A DNA stretch of 64,000 bases from Candidatus Saccharimonadia bacterium (GCA_038245115.1 JBBRSS010000002.1:7020-71019); one strand, 5' to 3'. Positions 10,920 to 20,031 are shown, counted from the first letter of the stretch. The notes: generated from the sequence alone by a model not told the origin. A program made the numbers and translations.

Positions 10920-11450
10920 ATGAAATCCCCATATTTTGCCATACCAGATCGCAACCCGCATTCCGTCAACGACGCCGTTGTGTACGATTCAAATCGCGGC
11001 CCTTGGCCTACCCGATCCGACGGTCTGTTGAGTGTAATGTTTGCTCTGGATCAAGATACTCTTACGCACATAATGCAGCCTGACCCGCACGAACTTAGCC
11101 TAGTCCCTAACCTCAGGCTAGGAGTTCGTATTTTTCATTTATCAAACTTGGCCCCAGGCCGCATTGGTGGCCAACACTTTCATCGGGTCAAAGAAGAAAT
11201 TATCGTGCTGACCGAAGGAAGTGTCGAGTATCTTCTCGAAGATGTTTACGGGGGGCAGCGCGTCGTATTAATGGACGGTTTAACGCGAGGGTTATATATC
11301 CCCTCATTTATCCGCCACACCTACACCGTTCGAGATTCAGCGAAACTACTCGGTGTATCCAATACCCTTTATGACCCCGAAGATAAATCAACCTACGACA
11401 CCTTTGGCGATGAAACCTTCCAGATGTTGCGACGCCATTACATCAAATGA
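10920..11450 (+). CDS. WxcM-like cupin domain protein (sugar 3,4-ketoisomerase FdtA/QdtA-like)
   Basis: 'D.RG' and 'RIGGQHFH' (RG.HaH-type) motifs plus a 'YDPED' C-terminal motif typical of WxcM/FdtA cupins. Confidence 0.5.
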   Translation: MKSPYFAIPDRNPHSVNDAVVYDSNRGPWPTRSDGLLSVMFALDQDTLTHIMQPDPHELSLVPNLRLGVRIFHLSNLAPGRIGGQHFHRVKEEIIVLTEGSVEYLLEDVYGGQRVVLMDGLTRGLYIPSFIRHTYTVRDSAKLLGVSNTLYDPEDKSTYDTFGDETFQMLRRHYIK

Positions 11451-11546
11451 ACATAATTGCATCCAGCTAATTGCATTTTTGGCAGCCTGTCCAAGCTATG
11501 TCGCCCCATTTTATCTATCATCAGCCCGGAAATTGGAGGGGTTGAT

Positions 11547-11597
11547 ATGGGCAGAATGGTGAACATCAAGCCGCAAGCGATAGATAATGAATTCTAG
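11547..11597 (+). CDS. Candidate 16-aa leader peptide (MGRMVNIKPQAIDNEF) upstream of the MFS pump
   Basis: Strong SD GGAGGGG 5 nt before the ATG. Hairpin-forming sequence lies between it and the MFS start. Confidence 0.25.
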   Translation: MGRMVNIKPQAIDNEF

Positions 11598-11713
11598 CGC
11601 CGCGACCATAAAAGTTCTGATGTTTTTCGGCTTTCTTTAGCAAATCTAACAATGCCCGGACAAACAATGCGGGCTTACAATTTCATTGTGCAAGAGCTAA
11701 GAAAGGGACGACG

Positions 11714-13312
11714 ATGAACAGGTGGCGAGCCGTAATTATCCTCTCATGTGCCCAATTTGTAATGCTACTAGATAGTTCGGTTATGAATGTATCGATCTCG
11801 AATATTGTGGCCGATCTCGGTACGACTGTCGCCGGTATCCAGCTAGCAATTACGTTATATACGCTCGTAATGGCTGCGCTTATGCTCACGGGCGGTAAAC
11901 TCGGTGATATCTGGGGGCGAAGGAAAACCTTTAAATATGGCCTGGTCATATACGGCATCGGATCATTAATTACCGCGTTTTCGCTTAACTTGCCGATGCT
12001 CTTGGTTGGCTGGTCAATTATTGAAGGCCTCGGAGCAGTATTGGTAATACCCGCCATTGCAGCCTTGATTGCGGCCAACTATAAAGGCAAAGACCGAGCT
12101 GTTGTCTATGGAATCCTTGGTGCCGTGTCGGGAGCAGCCGTTGCGCTAGGTCCGCTTATTGGTGGAGCAGTCACAACTTATGCCTCGTGGCGTTACGTTT
12201 TTGCCGCCGAAACCGTTGCAGTACTAGCAATATTCTTCTTCTTTGCCAATAAAATTACCGACATCGTAACTGCCAAAAACACCAAGCTCGATATGCCTAG
12301 TGTCGGCCTGTCGGCGCTAGGTCTATTTCTTGTAGTCTTGGCCATCTTACAGTCCAAAGTCTGGGGATGGGTCAAGCCGATGTCTGCGCCGGAAATTAAC
12401 GGCCAAGCCATCACCCCGTTTGGGTTTTCGATAGTTCCCTTCATGATTGCCCTGGGAGTACTCGTACTATGGTACTTTATTGGGCGGCAGCAAAAGCTCA
12501 AAAGCGTACATAAAGACCCCTTGCTAGATCCTGATTCTCTCAAAATTCCTCACATGCAATCTGGTTTATCAAACATTACTATTCAATACCTACTAACAGC
12601 AGGGCTGTTCTTTGTTCTGCCAATATATCTTCAGATGGTCCTAGGTCTGGATGCGCTCCAGACTGGGCTAAAAATTCTACCGCTATCTCTAGCGCTAGTG
12701 CTATTTTCGATTGTCGGATCACGAATGGTTAGCAGATTTCCGCCCAAGAAAATTATCGTCTGGGGCAAGTTCCTCATTGCCGCCGGGATGTTTATTATTC
12801 TCATTGCAATTGATCCTCAGCTCAGTAACTTCATGTTCATTATCGGCATGCTAACGGTTGGCGCCGGCGTTGGCTTAATGGCCTCGCAAATCGGAAATGT
12901 CATATTGTCGTCGGTCGACGATACCAGATCATCCGAAGCTGGCGGCCTCCAAGGAACTTTCCAGAATCTCGGGATGTCGGTTGGTACCGCACTCATAGGA
13001 TCCGTGTTAATTGCCTCGCTAACGACCAGCTTTGTAAATGCAGCATCTGGTCCATCGAGTACTTTGCCGGCTAGCGTGCAATCCTACATCACCGATAATT
13101 CGCAGGCGGGGATTGCCGTTGTTACCAACAAACAAGTCTACGATTATTCAATATCAAAGGGCTTAACCGCGTCGGAATCCAGCAGCATCTCCGACTATTA
13201 CCTTGATGCTCAAATGTCTTCTCTAAAAACTTCGATGTTAGCCCTAACTTTCCTCGCGCTTTTAGGATTGATGTTCTCAAAGCAACTACCAAATGAGCTA
13301 ATCAAGAATTAA
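11714..13312 (+). CDS. MFS transporter, DHA2 (EmrB/QacA) family, 14 TM
   Basis: 'GKLGDIWGRRKTF' motif A, 14 predicted TM helices. AAGGGA RBS. Confidence 0.85.
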   Translation: MNRWRAVIILSCAQFVMLLDSSVMNVSISNIVADLGTTVAGIQLAITLYTLVMAALMLTGGKLGDIWGRRKTFKYGLVIYGIGSLITAFSLNLPMLLVGWSIIEGLGAVLVIPAIAALIAANYKGKDRAVVYGILGAVSGAAVALGPLIGGAVTTYASWRYVFAAETVAVLAIFFFFANKITDIVTAKNTKLDMPSVGLSALGLFLVVLAILQSKVWGWVKPMSAPEINGQAITPFGFSIVPFMIALGVLVLWYFIGRQQKLKSVHKDPLLDPDSLKIPHMQSGLSNITIQYLLTAGLFFVLPIYLQMVLGLDALQTGLKILPLSLALVLFSIVGSRMVSRFPPKKIIVWGKFLIAAGMFIILIAIDPQLSNFMFIIGMLTVGAGVGLMASQIGNVILSSVDDTRSSEAGGLQGTFQNLGMSVGTALIGSVLIASLTTSFVNAASGPSSTLPASVQSYITDNSQAGIAVVTNKQVYDYSISKGLTASESSSISDYYLDAQMSSLKTSMLALTFLALLGLMFSKQLPNELIKN

Positions 13313-13511
13313 TTATTCAGTCGAAATTGAATAGTTCACGCCCGAATAGGCACTAAATTATTGTGACGACCATCAAAGAGGTTTGCATGATGTCAACTTT
13401 GAAAATATTTCTTGCCAAATTTCGATTAAATAAGAAAATTGCACGAATAATCCGACGAATCCTCTGCCAAAATGCTATAGTTTGTAAAACCTCTACTAGA
13501 AAGGGTGAATT

Positions 13512-14060
13512 GTGAAAATCAATGCTAAATCTGGCAGAATCCTAATATCCGGCCTGCTCGGCGTTATTGTTTTCGTAATTGGACTTGGCGGCTGGTTTGC
13601 CCTCAACAAATCTCATCCTGCCCCGACCCAAACCCCATCCTCAAACCAAACAGCCACGCCAATCCCCGGCCAAGTAAGCTTCAAGTTTACCGAGCTCGGC
13701 GTACAAATACCGGTACCAGATTCAATCAAGGACTTAACTTACTCCTTGAAATCTGGCAAAACGACCGAAGGCAAAACCATCCAATCCGTCAATCTATCTA
13801 CGCAGTCTCTGGCGCAATTAGACCCCAACTGCAGCAATGCCGGGCTCGGGACGCTTTCAAAAGTCGACGGTCAATATCCGCAAGATTCTAAAACCATCGC
13901 CAATGAAGCCGGCTTACTTTCGAAACAATTTCCAGCATTCTATATTAGCTACTCTATGCCACAGTCATATTGCTCGAAAAACCAAACTGCCATACTACTA
14001 TTTCGCGATCAATACACTGTGCTGGCTAACGCGCTTGATTCTATCCAACAAATCCAATAA
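13512..14060 (+). CDS. Hypothetical protein with an N-terminal TM anchor
   Basis: GTG start with AAAGGGTGA upstream; single N-terminal TM. An extended -10 (TGcTATAGT) lies at ~13474-13483. Confidence 0.45.
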   Translation: MKINAKSGRILISGLLGVIVFVIGLGGWFALNKSHPAPTQTPSSNQTATPIPGQVSFKFTELGVQIPVPDSIKDLTYSLKSGKTTEGKTIQSVNLSTQSLAQLDPNCSNAGLGTLSKVDGQYPQDSKTIANEAGLLSKQFPAFYISYSMPQSYCSKNQTAILLFRDQYTVLANALDSIQQIQ

Positions 14061-14163
14061 CCAACTTTTCTTTAACATTTTGCCAAATGCCAAATATTGC
14101 GACAGCCAGGCGACAATATTGCAGGCCGGAATATCCACTAGTGACCATAAACAATGACATTGC

Positions 14164-15672
14164 TTGTCGGACATGGTAAGGTCGCCTTCGATCAAACAAT
14201 ATATGTACAAAATCCCCGCCACAATTCAGCCCACCAAGATCACCGCCTTAGACGAGATACTAAAGGGCGGTATACCATATGGCTCCCTAGTATTAACCAC
14301 TGGTCCCGCTGGTGGCGGCAAGACAACCTTGGCCCAACAGTGGCTCTTCGAAGGCGCCAGACACCTAGAAGAAGTTGGTCTCTACATTTCGTTCACCGAA
14401 GAAATCGATAAAGCCATTCGTAATATCGAACAATTTGAATTTTTTGATAAATCCTACATAAAAACTGGCAAGATCTGCTTTATAGATGGCCGCACGCTAC
14501 TAATGGGCATGCCCTTTAAGCAAAAACCATCGTTTGATCTCATCGAAATGGACCAGCTACTGACCGTCATTATGAATTTGGTCGATCAAACTCAGGCCAA
14601 ACGCGTAGTGATAGATTCTATTACGGCCTTAATCTATAAGCTCGAAGGCGTCGACGCCGTCCGGAGCTTCATTTTTCGCCTTGGCTACGCTCTTTCCCGG
14701 CCCGGCGCCACCGTAATGCTCATTGGCGAGGCCGACCTCAACGCCGGCTATCAGTCGCCAGTAGAAGAGTATATTTCCGACGCCATCATCTATGTGGATA
14801 GTGGGTCTGGGCGCAACCAACAAATGCGCAAGCTCGAAGTCAAAAAAATGCGCGGCGTAAACTATCGCTCCGGCCCGGCCTATTTCGAAATCACCAATAA
14901 AGGTATCACCCTATACCCCAAAATTCCCACCTATGGACTAACCGCTTTAACCGACTTCAAAACCCGCCGCAAAACTGGCATCAAAAAGCTCGACGAAATG
15001 ATGGGCGGCGGGATCCCTCAAGGTCACATCCTACTAGTCGCTGGCAACACCGGCTCCGGCCGAACAACACTCGGCATGCACTTTCTGGAAGCCGGTATCC
15101 TTCAGGGTGAAGCCGGATTATTTGTATCTATCGACGAATCTATGACCCAAATCATCAAAACTGCCAAAGAACACGACTGGGACTTCGACAGGCACCTCAA
15201 AGATAAAATGCTGATCAACGTTCCCAGCGACCAAATTGATATTTATCCCGACAAGCTGCTTTATCAAATTGTCCGCGCTGTCGAAGACAACAACATCAAG
15301 CGAGTCGTAATAGACTCAATTTCCTCTATGGAGTCAAGCGAGTTTGCACGAGATTACGTGCGTGACTTCCTGCTGCAGTTAACAGCCTTCTTTAAAAGCC
15401 GCGGCATCAACTGCTTGGCAACCTACCTGACCACCGAGATGTTCGGCGCGCCCAACAAACAGTTGATGGGCGGCACCGTATCATCGGAACTGCAACTCAG
15501 CTCAATTGTCGACGGCATTATCCTCACTCGTTACGTGGAGCGCGACCAAGAAGTTCGCAAACTGGTCAGTATTCTCAAAATGCGCGGCTCAAACCACGAT
15601 AAGGGGATATATGAGTTCAGCATTGGTAAGGCGGGACTGATTTTGGGTAACCAGTTTAAAGATGACTTATGA
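14164..15672 (+). CDS. KaiC-like double RecA-fold ATPase
   Basis: Two RecA/KaiC modules. Walker A 'GPAGGGKTTLAQQ' in domain 1 and 'GNTGSGRTTLGMH' in domain 2 (K to R). The start is uncertain (TTG 14164, ATG 14173 or ATG 14203). Confidence 0.8.
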   Translation: MSDMVRSPSIKQYMYKIPATIQPTKITALDEILKGGIPYGSLVLTTGPAGGGKTTLAQQWLFEGARHLEEVGLYISFTEEIDKAIRNIEQFEFFDKSYIKTGKICFIDGRTLLMGMPFKQKPSFDLIEMDQLLTVIMNLVDQTQAKRVVIDSITALIYKLEGVDAVRSFIFRLGYALSRPGATVMLIGEADLNAGYQSPVEEYISDAIIYVDSGSGRNQQMRKLEVKKMRGVNYRSGPAYFEITNKGITLYPKIPTYGLTALTDFKTRRKTGIKKLDEMMGGGIPQGHILLVAGNTGSGRTTLGMHFLEAGILQGEAGLFVSIDESMTQIIKTAKEHDWDFDRHLKDKMLINVPSDQIDIYPDKLLYQIVRAVEDNNIKRVVIDSISSMESSEFARDYVRDFLLQLTAFFKSRGINCLATYLTTEMFGAPNKQLMGGTVSSELQLSSIVDGIILTRYVERDQEVRKLVSILKMRGSNHDKGIYEFSIGKAGLILGNQFKDDL

Positions 15673-16016
15673 GCATAAACCAGCCTCCAGAGCCCCCGAA
15701 GCAAGAAGATGATCAACTCGCAGTGATCCGCCGTGAAATCAATATTCGCAGTTACGGCATTATCAAAGGGATCATGGGCGGCCGCATTGTTGATTCGTTA
15801 CCACTCAGACTAAGGTGCGAATGCACTATGCCTATCTGTGAAGAAAACATTGAGGTTAGCCTAGCTAAGCGTCGCGAGCTGCGGCGAAATTATCCACACG
15901 GATTTATTGTTGTACCACTACACGCCAAATCCGCCCAAGATACTACGTTGTGCAAGACAAATGAATTCAAGGTAATAGAAAAACTAAATTTTACCGATGC
16001 GGTCACCGATCTGTAA
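15669..16016 (+). CDS. Hypothetical small protein, translationally coupled to the KaiC-like gene
   Basis: ATGA start/stop overlap with the upstream gene; contains 'CEC..C' cysteines. Confidence 0.45.
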   Translation: MSINQPPEPPKQEDDQLAVIRREINIRSYGIIKGIMGGRIVDSLPLRLRCECTMPICEENIEVSLAKRRELRRNYPHGFIVVPLHAKSAQDTTLCKTNEFKVIEKLNFTDAVTDL

Positions 16017-16097
16017 TCAATAATTGCATTTTCTCCACCGCCCCAGCCGAATAAACGGCCGAGGCGGTGGTGTTGTGACTACTCCGCGGGTATGTAC

Positions 16098-17075
16098 CTA
16101 GCAGGGCAGTCTGGACGGAAGCCGAACAGGGGTTACACCCGGGTAACGACGGCAAACCGTGCGATGCTGCACCGCCAATCCGTGTTGGGCTTGCCCCAGG
16201 AAAGTTGGGTTGAACCCATTCCAGCCCATGTGCATCAACACCGTGTCGCCTGCGCGCGCATACCTGAGTACGTAGGCGACAAGCTGAGCGGTTGTCTTGC
16301 CAAGATAGTCGCTAGTATCGACACTCGCGTCCCACTCCAGAATATGAGCTGCCGCGAATGCCCGCCGCGCGGTTGCGTTCATCTCCAGATAGGGCGGCCG
16401 GGCAAAGTTAGTTACTACGCCCGGAGCCCTAAGCTCGCGCAGAACCTGCGCATAAGTCAGCCGCGGGTAGTGAGGATGCGTGACCGAATGGTTGATCACG
16501 TACTGTCCGTGCGACCGGGCCAGAGCCGGCAAGTCGACGCCGTAGCGCGCCCTGAAACTGGTGATGCAGTTGCCCGTCGGCGCCAACACCATCCCGATGT
16601 TATGTGCTCTGGCGCTAACCAAAGCGCTCCTCAGGGACGTCAGCGACCTCGGGCAGTCGTCGTACGTGAAGATCACCCGGCTGGTGTAATTGGGCCCCTT
16701 GAGCCTGTTGTACCCGGAGGGGACAGGAGCGGCCGAGCCCCGAAGGCGCGACCATGTGAGGGCACCGATAATGCCATCGGCTACCAACACGCGAGACGCC
16801 TGGAAGCGCTTCGTCGCGGCCAGCGTGCCAGCTCCGTACTGGCCGTCTGCGCCAGCCGGACCAACACCAAAACCGTGAGCAATGAGCGCTCGTTGAGCCA
16901 CCGCCACGCAGCTACCCCTGTCACCGGGGCGAATCGTTGGCAACTTGGCCGTTGGCGTCGACACACTGCACGCCACGGTTGCCGCTTGGGCGGGAGTTGC
17001 TGCCAATGCTACTGGCGCGACCAGAGTTGCCGCAGTAGCAGATATCACCAACAAGCGTCGCATCATGATATTCAT
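16098..17075 (-). CDS. Secreted peptidoglycan-binding polysaccharide deacetylase (PG_binding_1 + NodB homology domain)
   Basis: Signal peptide 'MMRRLLVISATAATLVAPVALAATPAQA'. PG-binding 'GDRGSCVAVAQRALIAHGF..DGQYGAGTLAATKRFQ'. NodB 'VIFTYDDCP', 'DTVLMH'. Local GC is markedly higher than the neighbours. GGAAGG 6 nt before the ATG at 17075. Confidence 0.75.
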   Translation of the reverse strand: MNIMMRRLLVISATAATLVAPVALAATPAQAATVACSVSTPTAKLPTIRPGDRGSCVAVAQRALIAHGFGVGPAGADGQYGAGTLAATKRFQASRVLVADGIIGALTWSRLRGSAAPVPSGYNRLKGPNYTSRVIFTYDDCPRSLTSLRSALVSARAHNIGMVLAPTGNCITSFRARYGVDLPALARSHGQYVINHSVTHPHYPRLTYAQVLRELRAPGVVTNFARPPYLEMNATARRAFAAAHILEWDASVDTSDYLGKTTAQLVAYVLRYARAGDTVLMHMGWNGFNPTFLGQAQHGLAVQHRTVCRRYPGVTPVRLPSRLPC

Positions 17076-17229
17076 GAGCATCCTTCCGATCGTGGGCAAT
17101 TGTCTCTATACAAAAAACAATCGCCCGAAATATTGGACCACTCAAGTTTGTACCCTAGAAACAGCCGATTCATTGTAAGAACTTTCAAATATGACCGGAC
17201 TCAAAATAAAATGCTTTACATTGGCCTTT

Positions 17230-17412
17230 GAATATATATACTGCTATTACGTTAACAACTTGAGCCCCTCGTACTTGGAAGCCGGTGAGATACCGGCGCT
17301 GTGCCGCAACTGTAATGTTACCATTGAGTAATAAGCCAGGTCGTCGTACGAGATTAATCCCGAGCAGGAGTAATATTTACTTAATCGTCACCGGGTGACG
17401 ATTTTTTATCTT
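17230..17412 (+). ncRNA. Cobalamin (B12) riboswitch-like leader with terminator
   Basis: 'GGAAGCCGGUGAGAUACCGGCGCUGUGCCGCAACUGUAA' matches the conserved cobalamin-riboswitch core (GGAA..CCrGUG..A.yCyGG.GCUG..CCGCAACUGUAA). A partial B12-box 'AAGCCAGG' follows, then an intrinsic terminator immediately before the gene. Confidence 0.5.
17383..17408 (+). terminator. Intrinsic terminator (expression-platform hairpin)
   Basis: AAUCGUCAC-cgg-GUGACGAUU perfect 9-bp stem followed by UUUUUUAUC. Confidence 0.6.
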
Positions 17413-17440
17413 CAATCCTCGCTTGACCAGTGAGGATTTA

Positions 17441-18073
17441 TTGTTTAAAAGATTTGCCACATTTGTGAAGCAGCAAGTACGCCCATTCGGGATACTTGGT
17501 CTTGGGCTAATCCTGATCGGCACGATAAGTGCCCTTGGCGGAGTCTGGCAATATCGGACCAACCTTGCCCAGGTTTCAACCTCGTCCAGTCCAAAAGTCG
17601 CTGGCACGCCCACAAAATCATTCGGCCCCGCCCCCTCCGGCACCCCAGCGCCAAATCAGCCCCCACCCAGCGTAAACCTCGCCAACTCAAATATAAAAAC
17701 TTCAACCTCTAGCTCCAGTTCGATCGTGGCATCATCAACCCCGGCGCAAAGCGCCCCGCCCGCCCAAGCCCCAGTTATGGTTACCGTATCACTGCGCATC
17801 AACGGCACCAACAAAGGCAACGTAATACTACCCAGCACCAGCAAACAATGTGAAGTATTAACTCGGGCGCTTAATGACGGACTCATCAGCAGCCTTTTCA
17901 TGCCATATGACGCGGCGCAACACACCTATGGCGTCTACCAGATTAACGGCCTTGGCGACCCTACCATTGTGTGGTGGACATATACCGTCAACGGCAGCCC
18001 TCCGCCATTAGGGTGTAGTTATTTAACGGTTCACAACGGCGATTCAGTTAATTGGCAATATATAAAATCCTAA
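17441..18073 (+). CDS. DUF4430 (transcobalamin C-terminal beta-domain-like) protein with N-terminal TM anchor and Ser/Pro-rich linker
   Basis: 'LRINGTNKGNVILPS...EVLTRALNDG...YQINGLGDP....WWTYTVNG' fits the DUF4430 pattern. The start is chosen at TTG 17441 (GAGGA upstream); the track starts at TTG 17423. Confidence 0.65.
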   Translation: MFKRFATFVKQQVRPFGILGLGLILIGTISALGGVWQYRTNLAQVSTSSSPKVAGTPTKSFGPAPSGTPAPNQPPPSVNLANSNIKTSTSSSSSIVASSTPAQSAPPAQAPVMVTVSLRINGTNKGNVILPSTSKQCEVLTRALNDGLISSLFMPYDAAQHTYGVYQINGLGDPTIVWWTYTVNGSPPPLGCSYLTVHNGDSVNWQYIKS

Positions 18074-18084
18074 GGAGTATTCGG

Positions 18085-19404
18085 ATGTCTCGGTTTTCAG
18101 TTAAGCAAGCAATCTCAAGCACATTAGTCTCAGTTCTAATCCTGGCGCCCATACCGTCAATGGTATCGGCCGCCGCCAACACCGACCCGGCCACCGCCGC
18201 ACTCGCGGGCACCAAATATCTGGCCGCTAACCAAACCAGTACCGGCTCCATTGGCAGTAATCCGGGTGATACCGACTGGTCAATCATTGCCATCCAAGCA
18301 GCCGGCCAAAACGCCGCAACCTTCAAGACTGGCAGCGGCGCCTCAGCCTTAGACTTTATGGCCGCCGATACCCTCCCGTCCACCGCACCCGCCACATCGG
18401 TGGAACGCCGCATTCTGGCCATTGCTGCAGCCGGCCAAGACACCACCCAGTTCGGCGGGGTCGACTACAATACCCGCCTCAGAAGCCTCTACACTGCTAA
18501 TCAAATCGGCAGTGCGACTCTACTCAACGACGACATCTTTGGCCTCATTGCGATAAACGCTACGCACGATAGCACACTCAAGGTTATGGCTCAGGACAGC
18601 CTGAACTTCCTACTCGCACATCAGCAAGCCGACGGGGGATTTAGCTATACCGCCGACACCTGCGCCCTATACTGTGGCAGCGACAGTAATGATACTGCAG
18701 CGGCCATTATCGCCCTTGGTGCCGCCCAAGATATGTCGCTCACCAATGCCGGTCTGGCCACCGCCCAAACCAAAGCTCTGGCCTACCTACTAAGCACCCA
18801 GCAAACCGATGGAGGGTTTGGCTACGACGCCCTTAGCTCATCCGACGGCAGCTCAACTTCCTGGGGCTTAATGGCGCTCAATCTAGTCGGACCCACCGCC
18901 CAGGCCCAAGCCGGCTCTGCCCGCACTTGGCTGCTCAAAGACCAAAACACCGATGGAGGGTTCAGCTACGCCGCCTATGGCATGACCGCCAGTGACGCTT
19001 CAACTACCGCACCATCCGTTCTGGCTTTGCTAGGCACTACCTGGCTATTAACTCCCGCACCGCTTAAACCCGCGCCTACCCCAACAGCAACGCCAGCACC
19101 CACACCTTCGGCCGCTGTCACTCCAGCCACAACCCTAAACTCAGCAGCCTCGTCCCGGTCAGCGGCTGTAACAAAAGTTGCGACATCTGGCATTCAGCCC
19201 CAGGCGGACTTAATCGCCGCAGCCGCCATCCCAACCGCAGCCCCCACCGGATCGGTCCAGGGAGCCTCGCAAACCAAACCGACCCAGGTCCAAGACACAG
19301 CCGCGGACTCAACCCCCAATTTACCCCTCTATGGAGCCATCTCTCTGCTAGCTATAGCCGCAATCTGGTACGTGATACAATCAATCCTAAGAAAGAAGGT
19401 TTAA
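18085..19404 (+). CDS. Prenyltransferase/squalene-oxidase-repeat (alpha/alpha toroid) surface protein with signal peptide and C-terminal TM anchor
   Basis: Repeated 'Q(A/T)DGGF(S/G)Y' prenyltransferase-beta-type repeats. N-terminal signal 'LVSVLILAPIPSMVSAAA'. Thr/Pro-rich linker and a C-terminal TM. AAGGAG 7 nt before the ATG. Confidence 0.7.
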   Translation: MSRFSVKQAISSTLVSVLILAPIPSMVSAAANTDPATAALAGTKYLAANQTSTGSIGSNPGDTDWSIIAIQAAGQNAATFKTGSGASALDFMAADTLPSTAPATSVERRILAIAAAGQDTTQFGGVDYNTRLRSLYTANQIGSATLLNDDIFGLIAINATHDSTLKVMAQDSLNFLLAHQQADGGFSYTADTCALYCGSDSNDTAAAIIALGAAQDMSLTNAGLATAQTKALAYLLSTQQTDGGFGYDALSSSDGSSTSWGLMALNLVGPTAQAQAGSARTWLLKDQNTDGGFSYAAYGMTASDASTTAPSVLALLGTTWLLTPAPLKPAPTPTATPAPTPSAAVTPATTLNSAASSRSAAVTKVATSGIQPQADLIAAAAIPTAAPTGSVQGASQTKPTQVQDTAADSTPNLPLYGAISLLAIAAIWYVIQSILRKKV

Positions 19405-19405
19405 T

Positions 19406-20014
19406 ATGTCGGTTACTCGCAAACAAAGCGCCATTATGGTTGGTACAGTAATAATCAGCGCCATCATCATGCGTCTCGTCCCTCATATTCCCAACTTTGC
19501 TCCAATAACCGCGGCCGCTCTATTTGCCGCTGCTTATTTGCCCAAAAAATACGCCCTACTTGTGCCGCTAGCTGCCATCGCGGTCAGCGATTATCTACTG
19601 CTGTATATCAGTCCGTTTAGTGCCCAGGTTTTCAACTTCAGCCGCATTCAGCCTTTAAGCGCCATCGTCAACGACACCACGCTCTGGGTCTGGGGTAGCT
19701 TCATGATCAGTGGCTTGCTCGGGTTAGTCTTACGCCGCCGCCGCAGCGCCATTCGGGTAGGCGCCATCACCATTGCAGCCTCCCTACAGTTCTTCGTTAT
19801 CACCAACTTTGGCGTCTGGGCCGCCGGTGCCTACGCCCGCGACCTGTCCGGCCTGGCGACTAGCTACATTGCCGGCCTGCCCTTCCTCCGCGCCACTTTA
19901 CTCGGCGATTTATTCTACGCCGCCAGTTTCTTCGGTATCTACGCCCTAGCTACTCACTCGGCCAAATCCGAAGCCAAAAAACCGAATAATCTGCCCTCTA
20001 CGGCCACACTTTAG
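19406..20014 (+). CDS. Small polytopic membrane protein, ECF-transporter S-component-like (CbrT-like candidate)
   Basis: 202 aa with ~5-6 TM helices; ATG 2 nt after the upstream stop; in operon with the DUF4430 and toroid genes. Confidence 0.45.
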   Translation: MSVTRKQSAIMVGTVIISAIIMRLVPHIPNFAPITAAALFAAAYLPKKYALLVPLAAIAVSDYLLLYISPFSAQVFNFSRIQPLSAIVNDTTLWVWGSFMISGLLGLVLRRRRSAIRVGAITIAASLQFFVITNFGVWAAGAYARDLSGLATSYIAGLPFLRATLLGDLFYAASFFGIYALATHSAKSEAKKPNNLPSTATL

Positions 20015-20031
20015 CCAAATAACTGCCTCAG

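Noticed and set aside
16092-17231. 379-aa +-strand ORF antisense to the deacetylase gene
   Set aside because: Arg/Pro/His-rich composition typical of the antisense of a high-GC gene; the minus-strand product has clear domains and a signal peptide.
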